DNA of 64,000 nucleotides from an uncultured Chloroflexia bacterium. GTDB taxonomy: Bacteria; Chloroflexota; Limnocylindria; Limnocylindrales; CSP1-4. The position numbers and the translations under genes were made by a program. This document shows, piece after piece, positions 1 through 8,185 of the stretch; the stretch's first letter is position 1, and each line of letters starts with the position of its first letter. The stretch is from positions 67,523 through 131,522 of the forward strand of contig CAVPHR010000006.1 in NCBI GenBank assembly GCA_963704775.1, read 5' to 3'. Below the pieces are notes generated by a model. That model was given only the letters and a program-made list of their open reading frames with translations, had not been told where the DNA came from and ran no database searches.

Positions 1-2
1 GC

Positions 3-233
3 GCCCAGCCCTTCACCCTCGGGCACTGCGGGCTGTGGAGTGGCATCGACCTCGGTGGCAGCTGGTGGGACCCGGTCGGACCCATCGATCAGGACCATCC
101 CGATGCGATCAACTCGGCCGAGGGCACGATCGCCTTCGCCGATCCGGACCACGCCACCTTCACGTCGAAAGCCGGGCTGATCGTCCAGCTGCAGCGTCGC
201 GACGGACCGAAATACCTCCCGTTCTGCGACTGA
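3..233 (+). CDS. hypothetical protein, C-terminal fragment (5' end outside window)
   Basis: Frame 3 is open from the window edge to TGA 231-233. It reads AQPFTLGHCGLWSGIDLGGSWWDPVGPIDQDHPDAINSAEGTIAFADPDHATFTSKAGLIVQLQRRDGPKYLPFCD. Composition is protein-like, not the Arg/Pro/Gly-rich pattern of off-frame translation. It has no start in the window, so it is absent from the ORF track. Confidence 0.45.
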   Translation, partial: AQPFTLGHCGLWSGIDLGGSWWDPVGPIDQDHPDAINSAEGTIAFADPDHATFTSKAGLIVQLQRRDGPKYLPFCD

Positions 234-258
234 CGACGACCCGTGCCACGATGACCGC

Positions 259-984
259 GTGGATCCCGAGGACGACCACGGGGGCATCGAATTCTCGCCT
301 GCACCCCTGACGGCGGAACGGCGGCGGGTCGATCGCGTCGCCGTCGTCGGGCTCGCGGTCGGGATCGGACTGATCCTCGCCGTTGCGAAGCCCTGGACCG
401 GGCCCCCATCGCCGGCAGTGCGTGTGTCGGCGCCAGAGGCCGCTTCGATCGCAGCCGGTCCGACGTTGCGACCTGTGACGTCTGATGGGGCGCAGTCGCC
501 GCTCGCCAGGACCACTCCGGCGACGATCCTCGCGGCCATCCAGCCACACGATGCGTGGGGCGTCCGGGCGATCACCCGGAGCGCATCGGGGCCTGCGGAC
601 CCCGACCGCTCCGAGGTCAGGGAGCGTTGGACACCTGCGCTCGAGCGCGACGATGGCACGCGGTTGGCCGTGCTCCCGACGTCCGAGGAGGTCGTTCTCG
701 CCCTGGGGGTGACATCACCGGGGTTCGTGCGACCACGCGACGTCGTGCTGTGGCGGGTGGGAGCTGACGGGATCTGGCTGGAGACGGGCGCAGAGCTGAT
801 CGCCCAAGGCGAGCCGGGTGGGGCCGTCCTGCTCGAACCGGCCACCGGTCCGGCGCTCCGCGGCGACACATGGCCGGCCGGCGCCTACCGGATCGAGCTG
901 CGTCTCGGCAGCGGTGTCCGGGTCATCGACCTGCGCCTGCCGGGGCGCTTCGAGCGGATCACCGAGCCACCACCGGCCGGCTGA
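259..984 (+). CDS. hypothetical membrane-anchored protein
   Basis: ORF-track 241 aa with a GTG start. A basic stretch is followed by one hydrophobic helix (RVAVVGLAVGIGLILAVA) and then a soluble domain ending ...YRIELRLGSGVRVIDLRLPGRF. No family recognised. Confidence 0.5.
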   Translation: MDPEDDHGGIEFSPAPLTAERRRVDRVAVVGLAVGIGLILAVAKPWTGPPSPAVRVSAPEAASIAAGPTLRPVTSDGAQSPLARTTPATILAAIQPHDAWGVRAITRSASGPADPDRSEVRERWTPALERDDGTRLAVLPTSEEVVLALGVTSPGFVRPRDVVLWRVGADGIWLETGAELIAQGEPGGAVLLEPATGPALRGDTWPAGAYRIELRLGSGVRVIDLRLPGRFERITEPPPAG

Positions 985-1024
985 CGGCGTCCTCTGGCGA
1001 CCGGGGCCGGGGTATCCTGCTGCC

Positions 1025-2080
1025 ATGGTCCGACCGCTCTCCCGGAAGCTGCCGCTGGCCGAGCTCCACTGCCATCTCGGCGGTGCCGTGACCCCGGCGA
1101 TCATGTGGGGCATCGCCCACGCCCAGGGCATCAAGCTCCCGACCAAGGACTACTGGGAGTTCCGCGACATGATCACGGTCTCGCCGCGGCGAAACCGGTC
1201 GTTCGACGGATACCTTCAGCTCTTCCACTGGACGGAGCTCATCCAGAGTTCGCCCCTCGCGGTCGAGCGCAGTGTCTACGAGGTCGTCGGCGGCGCGTAT
1301 CGCAAGAACAACGTCACGACGATGGAGCTGCGCTTCAATCCGATGAAGCGCAACCGCGGCGGCGAGCAGGACCTCGACCACATCATCGCGGCCGCGGTGC
1401 GCGGGATGGACAAGGCCGGGCTCGAATACCCGGTCAAGCCCGGGCTCATCTTCTGCCTCGACCGTGCATTCCCATTCGAGCTCAACGAGATCATCGTGGA
1501 CAAGGCCATCGCATGGCGCGATCGCGGCGTCGTCGGCGTCGACATCGCCGGCCCCGAGGCCGCGACGTTCCGGGTGGCCGACTACCGCCGGCTCTTCCGC
1601 AGGGCCCGCCAGTTCGGTCTGGGGCTGACCGTCCACACCGGCGAATCCGGCCCGGTCGACGAGGTCGCCCGGGTCGTCGAGCTCCTCGAGCCCGACCGGA
1701 TCGGCCATGGCGTGAAGGCCGCATACGACCCGCGGGCGATGGCGATGATCCGGGATCGGGGCATCGTGCTCGAGATCTGCCCGACCTCGAACCTGAACAC
1801 CCGGGTCGTCTCGGGCTGGGACGAGTTCCGCTGGATCTTCGACACGTTCCGGCGTAACGAGATCCGCTTCACGATCAATACCGACGGCCCCGAGATGCTC
1901 AAGACGTACATCCGCGACGAGATGGCGCAGCTCGGCCGGCTCGGGATCCTGTCGGTGGCCGACCAGGAGATTGCCGCGGCGACATCGCTCGCCGCGTCGT
2001 TCGTGCCGAACGTCACGGACGTGCCCCCGCCGCGCCTCGAGCCGGCCCGTCGCAAGGTGGTCGAACGCGAGGAGGCCTAG
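1025..2080 (+). CDS. add: adenosine deaminase family protein
   Basis: Lies within ORF 818..2080. The internal ATG at 1025 gives MVRPLSRKLPLAELHCHLGGAV (HxHLxG metal-binding motif). Later segments are ...LTVHTGESG... and ...FTINTDGPEM.... Length of about 351 aa fits the family. The upstream 69 codons are Arg/Ser/Pro-rich and unlikely to be coding. Confidence 0.9.
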   Translation: MVRPLSRKLPLAELHCHLGGAVTPAIMWGIAHAQGIKLPTKDYWEFRDMITVSPRRNRSFDGYLQLFHWTELIQSSPLAVERSVYEVVGGAYRKNNVTTMELRFNPMKRNRGGEQDLDHIIAAAVRGMDKAGLEYPVKPGLIFCLDRAFPFELNEIIVDKAIAWRDRGVVGVDIAGPEAATFRVADYRRLFRRARQFGLGLTVHTGESGPVDEVARVVELLEPDRIGHGVKAAYDPRAMAMIRDRGIVLEICPTSNLNTRVVSGWDEFRWIFDTFRRNEIRFTINTDGPEMLKTYIRDEMAQLGRLGILSVADQEIAAATSLAASFVPNVTDVPPPRLEPARRKVVEREEA

Positions 2081-2083
2081 GCG

Positions 2084-2461
2084 ATGCTGACCCGGACGCG
2101 ACCACTGCCCCTGACCGTCGCCGGCGGCGTGCTTGTCATCGCGGCCATCGCGTACATCGTCCTGATCGCGCTCGCGATCCCAAATGGCTCCGTGTACCTG
2201 ACCGCGCTCGGCGGCACCGAGCCCACGCCCCTCGCGACGGTGGTCGTGGTCTATGGAGCCCTCGCGATCATCGCGGCGTTCCTTGCGCGTCAGCTGCTCG
2301 CTGGCCGTGTCGACCGCCGGGTCGGCGTCGGCTTCGCCGCCTGGTACGGGGTTGCGGCGCTCGGGGCGGTCGCCGTCGGACCCATGGCGGGCGTCGGGAT
2401 CGCGTTGACCGGCCTGCTGCCGCTCGTCCTCGCCTGGTACGGGACCCACGCACCGCGCTGA
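2084..2461 (+). CDS. small integral membrane protein (about 4 TM helices)
   Basis: ORF-track 125 aa starting 3 nt after the add stop. It has four hydrophobic segments (e.g. VAGGVLVIAAIAYIVLIALAI, VVVVYGALAIIAAFLA). No family recognised. Confidence 0.6.
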   Translation: MLTRTRPLPLTVAGGVLVIAAIAYIVLIALAIPNGSVYLTALGGTEPTPLATVVVVYGALAIIAAFLARQLLAGRVDRRVGVGFAAWYGVAALGAVAVGPMAGVGIALTGLLPLVLAWYGTHAPR

Positions 2462-2477
2462 GGAGGGCGGCTCGCGC

Positions 2478-3209
2478 TCAGTCCCCGGCGCGCTCCTCGA
2501 TGCGGTAGGTGCAGCAGCGATCGCCCGAGGCGATGTGGGTCTCGCGGACCACGTCGGCGCCCAGGACGTCGCGGAAGAGCTCCAGCTCGGCCTGGCAGGC
2601 AGCCGGCGTGGCCCGCGCGACGTGGTAGATCGCGCAGTTGTGCTCGCGCAGCCGGATCGTCCCGTCGGCATCGACCGACGCCTCGGCCAGGTAGCCCTGC
2701 TCGGCCTGGATGACCGCGAGCTCCATGACCAGGTCCTTGAGCGGCGTGCCTTTCGGTGTCCGCTCCGCGAGCTGGCCGCGGACGCGGTCGCCGAGCTGGC
2801 ACCGGCGCGCGGCGAAGACCTCGTCGAGCAGATCGTCGCCGCCGACCGCGCCGATCGCCGCCAGCAGGCCGGCGGCGAGCGCGTCGTACGTGGAGGGGAA
2901 GAGGTCCTGGGCCTCGGGCGTCACGTCGTAGAGGTGCCGCGGCCGGCCCACGCCGTGACGCACGGTCTGGCGGCTGACGAGGTGCGCGGCCTCGAGCGCC
3001 CGGAGCTGCTGGAGGACGCCCGTCCGGGACGCGTCGAGTCGGGCGGCGAGCTGGTCCGGCGACGATGGGCCGTCGAGGCGCAGGCGAAGCAGCAGGTCGC
3101 GGCGCAGGCTCGATGGGCCGCCGCCGACGGATGCGGCACGCGCGGATGCGGGTCCGATGGCTGCGGCCGGTCCGTCCGAGGCCGGGACCGTGGGGGAGGT
3201 CTCGGGCAT
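2478..3209 (-). CDS. ArsR-type winged-helix transcriptional regulator with Cys-containing C-terminal domain
   Basis: ORF-track 243 aa. HTH region: PDQLAARLDASRTGVLQQLRALEAAHLVSRQTVRHGVGRPRHLY. C-terminal part: REHNCAIYHVARATPAACQAE...GDRCCTY (C-X12-C then CC). Divergent from the acyl-CoA dehydrogenase gene. Confidence 0.75.
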   Translation of the reverse strand: MPETSPTVPASDGPAAAIGPASARAASVGGGPSSLRRDLLLRLRLDGPSSPDQLAARLDASRTGVLQQLRALEAAHLVSRQTVRHGVGRPRHLYDVTPEAQDLFPSTYDALAAGLLAAIGAVGGDDLLDEVFAARRCQLGDRVRGQLAERTPKGTPLKDLVMELAVIQAEQGYLAEASVDADGTIRLREHNCAIYHVARATPAACQAELELFRDVLGADVVRETHIASGDRCCTYRIEERAGD

Positions 3210-3283
3210 CCCGGAAGGCTAGCACCGGCGTTCACGACGCGCTGTCCGGCCGAGTCGCGACCGTGGCTGGTACGCTCGCGGCG

Positions 3284-4450
3284 ATGGACCTGGACCTCTC
3301 GCCCGAACACGCGCTCCTGCGCGACACGATCCGCGACTTCATGCTCACCGAGGTCGCGCCCGTCGTCGAGGCGCACGAGCGCGAGCGCCGCTTCCCGGTC
3401 GAGATCGTCCGCCGCATCGGCGAGCTCGGCTGGCTGGGCATCCCGATCCCCGAGGACGAGGGCGGCGCCGGGCTCGACACGCTCGCCTACGCCATCGCGA
3501 TCGAGGAGATCGGCCGCGTCTGGGGGTCGCTCGGGCTGATCGTGGCGGCGCACACGAGCCTCGGGTGCGGGCCGCTCCACCTCGCGGGCTCGAAGGACCA
3601 GCAGCAGCGATTCCTCGTGCCGATGGCACAGGGCACGGTCATCGGGGCCTACGGCCTGACCGAGCCCGGCGCCGGCAGCGACTCCGGCGGCACCCGCACG
3701 ACCGCCAGTCACGAGGACGGGCCCGACGGCGGGTCGTGGGTCATCGACGGCGGCAAGCGCTTCATCACGAACGCCGGCCAGGCGGGAACCTACATCGTCA
3801 CGGCGCGGACCGGATCCCGGGACGACGGCTCGCCCGAGATCAGCGCCTTCATCGTTCCGGCCGACACGCCCGGGTTCTCGGTGGGGCGACTCGAGGACAA
3901 GCTCGGCCTGCACGCGTCGGCGACCGGCGAGCTCCTGTTCGAAGGGGCCCGGATCCCGGCCGCCAACATGCTCGGCGAGCAGGGGAGTGGCTTCAAGACG
4001 TTCCTCGCCATCCTCGATGGCGGGCGGATCAGCATCGGGGCGCTCGCGGTCGGGCTCGCCCAGGCGGCGCTCGACGCCGCCGTCCCGTACGCGCAGACGC
4101 GCGAGCAGTTCGGCCGGCCGATCGGCTCGTTCCAGGGCGTGGCGTTCATGATCGCGGACATGGCGACCGAGATCGACGCTGCCCGGGCGCTCGTCTGGCG
4201 TGCCGCGTGGCTCAAGGACCAGGGTCGCGACTACGGCCTGGCCGCCGCCGAGGCGAAGCTCTTCGCGTCCGAGGTGAGTTCCCGGGCCACCAACAACGCG
4301 ATCCAGGTGCATGGCGGCTACGGGTACGTGACCGACTACCCGGTCGAGCGCTACATGCGCGACGCGAAGCTCACCGAGATCGGCGAGGGGACGAGCCAGG
4401 TGCAGCGGCTCGTGATCGCCCGCAAGATCCTCGGCCTGCGGGTCGTCTAG
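3284..4450 (+). CDS. acyl-CoA dehydrogenase
   Basis: Lies within ORF 3065..4450. The ATG at 3284 gives MDLDLSPEHALLRDTIRDF.... Characteristic ACAD segments: GAYGLTEPGAGSD, KRFITNAG, IQVHGGYGYVTDYPVERYMRDAKLTEIGEGTSQVQR. Confidence 0.92.
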   Translation: MDLDLSPEHALLRDTIRDFMLTEVAPVVEAHERERRFPVEIVRRIGELGWLGIPIPEDEGGAGLDTLAYAIAIEEIGRVWGSLGLIVAAHTSLGCGPLHLAGSKDQQQRFLVPMAQGTVIGAYGLTEPGAGSDSGGTRTTASHEDGPDGGSWVIDGGKRFITNAGQAGTYIVTARTGSRDDGSPEISAFIVPADTPGFSVGRLEDKLGLHASATGELLFEGARIPAANMLGEQGSGFKTFLAILDGGRISIGALAVGLAQAALDAAVPYAQTREQFGRPIGSFQGVAFMIADMATEIDAARALVWRAAWLKDQGRDYGLAAAEAKLFASEVSSRATNNAIQVHGGYGYVTDYPVERYMRDAKLTEIGEGTSQVQRLVIARKILGLRVV

Positions 4451-4453
4451 GCG

Positions 4454-5179
4454 CTAGCCGACCTGGGTCAGCCGGACGATGAGCCGGTACTGGCTCCGCG
4501 AGCCGACGCACGTCTGCAGGGTCAGGCTCGGGTTCTTCTGTGCGGCGTAGGCCCATGTGCCCTTGGTCGGGGTCGTGACCTTCCACCAGGCGACCTTGTA
4601 GGTCCGGACCTGGCCGCTCGAGTCGGCGTAGTAGAGCATCGCGCCCTTCTTGAGCCGGCCGCGAACGTACGCGTCATGGAGCGTCTTGAAGACGCTGTGG
4701 GCATGACCGAACAGGTACACGTTGTTCCGCCCCGCGCAGCCCCAGCGATAGACGCGATTCCCCGGGTACGACTTGTTCGAACACGAATAGGCCGCGACCG
4801 ACTTGTCGATCCGCAGCGACGGCATCCAGATGTGGTTGCGCCCGTGGTACCTGGCGCTGACCGCCGTGTCGCCGCCCGAGCTGACGGCCGGGCGCGGCTC
4901 TGGCAGGCTCGGGACCGGTCGCGTGCCCGGGGCGCCGACGATGATCGCGGGCGCCGCCGCCGAGAGGATCCGCGACACCTCGACGACGCGAGACTGGGCC
5001 GCGAGGACCTCGCCGGTCGGGGCCGGCGCGACCTCGGTCGTCGGCGTCGCGACGGCCGCGGTCGAGCTCGACGGCATCGCTGCGTCGCGGCCGATCGCCC
5101 CCGAAACGGTGCCGATCCCGAGGGTCAGGGCGAGGAGCGAAGGCGTCAGAAAACGGGTGACACGAGGGATCCGGGGCAT
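4454..5179 (-). CDS. sortase family transpeptidase (class E/F-like)
   Basis: ORF-track 241 aa with an N-terminal signal or anchor (FLTPSLLALTLGIGTVSGA). Catalytic motifs are LFGHAH (His) and SLTLQTCVG (TLxTC Cys). Confidence 0.8.
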   Translation of the reverse strand: MPRIPRVTRFLTPSLLALTLGIGTVSGAIGRDAAMPSSSTAAVATPTTEVAPAPTGEVLAAQSRVVEVSRILSAAAPAIIVGAPGTRPVPSLPEPRPAVSSGGDTAVSARYHGRNHIWMPSLRIDKSVAAYSCSNKSYPGNRVYRWGCAGRNNVYLFGHAHSVFKTLHDAYVRGRLKKGAMLYYADSSGQVRTYKVAWWKVTTPTKGTWAYAAQKNPSLTLQTCVGSRSQYRLIVRLTQVG

Positions 5180-5307
5180 GCCGCCAGCGTCCCCCGGCGG
5201 ACCCCCGGTTGACCGTCACCCGGTCGTCCCATCGGCGTCGAGGCATGAGGACCTTGGCAGACCACACCGCACGGGTACGGACCGGTGCGGACCCGACCGC
5301 CCGACCC

Positions 5308-5787
5308 TCAGCCCCCGTTGCCGGCGGCGACCTCCAGGCCCTTCCGCAGGGCCGCCTCGAAGGCCGGCGCCCAGGGTCCCTGGCCGGCGAGGACGTAGGG
5401 CGACTGGTCGATCGACTCGAAGCTCTCGGGGTCGGTCACGAAGCTTCGGGCGCAGTCGTCCACCGTCGAGCGCAGGCGCTCGAAGACCTCGCTCGTCCGG
5501 AAGACGTAGAGGTAGATCCGGACCGGCTTGGTCTGGCCCATCCCGGACGCGTCCATGGCGATCGCGGTCGGGATGAGGACCGGGTCGTCGCAGCCCGCGT
5601 CGCCCGAGACGACGTTGTCGATGACGATGCCCTGCTGGGTCAGCTCGATCGCGAGGTCCGAGAAGTCGGCCGGCGTCGGCGCCGGCGGCGATGTCGAGAC
5701 GATGCCGCAGCCGCCGACGACGAGCGCGACGAGCAGGAGTCCGGCAAGGCCGATCCGACGGGGGGACATCGGCGCGAAGGCTATCAT
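5308..5787 (-). CDS. lipoprotein, function unknown
   Basis: Only the last 159 codons of ORF 5308..7404 look real. The ATG at 5787 gives MIAFAPMSPRRIGLAGLLLVALVVGGCG (signal peptide plus lipobox L-V-V-G-G-C), followed by a soluble domain. The upstream ~540 codons are Arg/Gly/Asp-rich antisense of the FG-GAP gene. Confidence 0.65.
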   Translation of the reverse strand: MIAFAPMSPRRIGLAGLLLVALVVGGCGIVSTSPPAPTPADFSDLAIELTQQGIVIDNVVSGDAGCDDPVLIPTAIAMDASGMGQTKPVRIYLYVFRTSEVFERLRSTVDDCARSFVTDPESFESIDQSPYVLAGQGPWAPAFEAALRKGLEVAAGNGG

Positions 5788-5847
5788 CGACCGACTCGAG
5801 GGCCCTCCCGACGTACAGTGACGCCCTCGCTGCAGGTCTCCAAGTCG

Positions 5848-8154
5848 ATGCCCGACCGCCGTCCGTCGCTCCGCCTCGCGCTCTCGATCGTGGCCCTGGT
5901 CGCGATGCTCGCGCCGTCGTCGAGCGTCGCGATCGATGCGCCGCCGGTCCCGGTGTCGGACAACCGGCTCGATCGGCCGATCGTCGACGTCGCGCTCGTG
6001 GCCCGCGCCGATGGCCAGCCGACGCCCGATCTCCTCACCCTGAGCACCGTCGGCCAAGGCCCCGGCGGCGTCGCCGTCGCGCTGCTCCGACGCGAGGACA
6101 CGTGGTCCCCGATCATCGAGGAGACCATCGGCGTCGGGTCCGCGACGGGGGGATCGAAGCCGTGGCTCGTCGAGCTGGGCGCCCGACGATTTGCCGTGCT
6201 GACGGTCGACCCCGACACCGGTCGCACCTTCGTCACTGCGGTCTCGGTCGCCGGCGACCCCGACATCGGACACCCCCTGGCACAGGCGACGACGACGATC
6301 GACCTGGTCGTCACCGATGCGGGCGCCGCCGACACCGATGGCGACGGCATCGCGGAACTGGTCGTGACCGGAGTCGTCGGCCAGCCCGACTCCCCACCGC
6401 GATGCGTGCAGACCATCGTCGAGGTCATCGACAGCTCCAGCCTCGTCCGACGGGCGGCGTACCCCATGACTGATCGCCGGCTGGCGGGGGCCGCGATCGG
6501 CGAATGGGACGGCCGGCCTGGAGCTGACCTGCTTGCCTATGTCGCGGAGGGGGATCCGTGCACGATCGGCTCGACCGCGGATCCCGAGGAGTTGTCCGGA
6601 CTCCTTGCCCTCCGGCTCCGCGACGGGTCCACGATCGTCGACCTGACAAGACGCAGCTCGATCGACCCGCTGGGCCCGCCGCTCGCCTTCGATCTCGACG
6701 ATGACGGCCAGGACGAGGCGCTCGTGCGCGACGGGTCCTCGCTCGTCCTGCTCGACCCGTCGCGCGGCTGGTCGGCGACAGCCGTCGCTGACGAAGGCGC
6801 CATCCCCATGCTCGCGGCGCCGAGCGAGGGCCCTGACGCGAACGGCGGCCGCATCGCCTGGTTCGGGCCTGAGGGCACGCGATCGGGCATGGTCGTCTCG
6901 ATGACCGGCGTGTTCCGGGCGCGCACCGGCGAGATCGTCGTGACCACGCCGGCATCGATGGACCTGCCCGGCCTGCCGTCGACCCGGGGCGAGCTCGGGC
7001 GGCTGCTCATGCAGGACGCGGCGACGCTCCAGCAGGCGCCGCAGGTGTGGCGCGGCGACCTCGACGGCGACGGCTGCCCCGAGGTGCTCGCGCCGCTCGT
7101 GACCGCCGAGTGCGACGGACAGCGCTCGCTTCGAGCGGGCGCGCTCTGGCTGGCCACCCGACCGTTGACGACCTTCGACGTCGGCGCGAACCGCGAGCTG
7201 CTGGTGGCCCCGGCGATGGACTGGGATCCCGTGCTCGGCAGGCCGATCGCACCGACCCCGGCCGCTGCGGGTGCGCCCGGGGCCTGGCGGCATGGGCCAT
7301 CGGTCCGCTTCGTGCTCTCGGAGCTGCGCGCGGGCGACGCGACGTACTTCGCGACCTACCCGATCCCGCGGCCGACGATCGACCGGATCGCGGTGCGTGA
7401 GCATGCCACCGACGTGCCCGGCTTCACCGGCGCACGGGTGCTGGTCCGGTCCGAGACGACCAAGCTCAAGGACCGGCGGCCGCCGGTCGCCCCCACGCTC
7501 GAGGTGTTCCTGGGCGACAGCGTCGACCCGGGCGAACTGGTGTCGCTCGCCCGGATCCCGGTCCCGTCAGGAGCCGAGGCGGGCCGCGACGGCTCGTTCG
7601 TGCGCGTGCCCCTGCCCGACATCCTCACGAGCGCCGACGTGCCCGTGGAAGGCTGGGCCGTATCGATGTCGCAGCTCAACGACTGGGGCGAGATCGCGCC
7701 GCCGGTCGCCGGGACCGTGACCCGGGACACCACCGGGCCCTCGCTCGCGCTCGAGAACCCGTTCACCAGCGCGCCCTGGCCGTGGGAGGCTTCCCTGCAC
7801 GGTCGCTCGGAGCGGGGCGTCATGGTGAGCATCGGGGGCGGACCCCCGGTCGAGACCGACCGGCTCGGGCGGTTCGTCATCGGGACGCAGCTCGCGCCGT
7901 GGCCGCAGACCGTCGCGGTGACCGCGGTCGACCCGTCCGGCAACGCGACGACGGCCACGGTGTCGGTGATCGGTGGCGTCGACTACCGGGAGTTCCCGTG
8001 GCCGGCGATCCTGGCGACCGTCCTCATCCTGGGCGCCCTCATCGGCGCCGTGCGGTCGGGGAGGGGCGGGGCGGTCCGTGAGCTCGTCCCGCCGTCCTTC
8101 GACGACGAGCCGTTCCCCGAGATCGAGGACCTGCCGTCGGGGACGCGCTTCTAG
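5848..8154 (+). CDS. large secreted FG-GAP/VCBS-like repeat protein with C-terminal membrane anchor
   Basis: Lies within ORF 5209..8154. The ATG at 5848 gives the signal peptide MPDRRPSLRLALSIVALVAMLAPSSSVA. It has DxDxDG-type loops (DTDGDGIAELVV, DLDDDGQDEALV, DLDGDGCPEVLA) and a C-terminal TM (WPAILATVLILGALIGAV). No LPXTG motif seen. Confidence 0.75.
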   Translation: MPDRRPSLRLALSIVALVAMLAPSSSVAIDAPPVPVSDNRLDRPIVDVALVARADGQPTPDLLTLSTVGQGPGGVAVALLRREDTWSPIIEETIGVGSATGGSKPWLVELGARRFAVLTVDPDTGRTFVTAVSVAGDPDIGHPLAQATTTIDLVVTDAGAADTDGDGIAELVVTGVVGQPDSPPRCVQTIVEVIDSSSLVRRAAYPMTDRRLAGAAIGEWDGRPGADLLAYVAEGDPCTIGSTADPEELSGLLALRLRDGSTIVDLTRRSSIDPLGPPLAFDLDDDGQDEALVRDGSSLVLLDPSRGWSATAVADEGAIPMLAAPSEGPDANGGRIAWFGPEGTRSGMVVSMTGVFRARTGEIVVTTPASMDLPGLPSTRGELGRLLMQDAATLQQAPQVWRGDLDGDGCPEVLAPLVTAECDGQRSLRAGALWLATRPLTTFDVGANRELLVAPAMDWDPVLGRPIAPTPAAAGAPGAWRHGPSVRFVLSELRAGDATYFATYPIPRPTIDRIAVREHATDVPGFTGARVLVRSETTKLKDRRPPVAPTLEVFLGDSVDPGELVSLARIPVPSGAEAGRDGSFVRVPLPDILTSADVPVEGWAVSMSQLNDWGEIAPPVAGTVTRDTTGPSLALENPFTSAPWPWEASLHGRSERGVMVSIGGGPPVETDRLGRFVIGTQLAPWPQTVAVTAVDPSGNATTATVSVIGGVDYREFPWPAILATVLILGALIGAVRSGRGGAVRELVPPSFDDEPFPEIEDLPSGTRF

Positions 8155-8185
8155 CCGGGTCAGGGCAACCGCGGCGACGGCCTGG

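Noticed and set aside
5209-5847. N-terminal 213 codons of ORF 5209..8154, and the upstream ~540 codons of ORF 5308..7404
   Set aside because: Both extensions are Arg/Asp/Gly-rich and mutually antisense. Real starts with signal peptides occur at 5848 (+) and 5787 (-).
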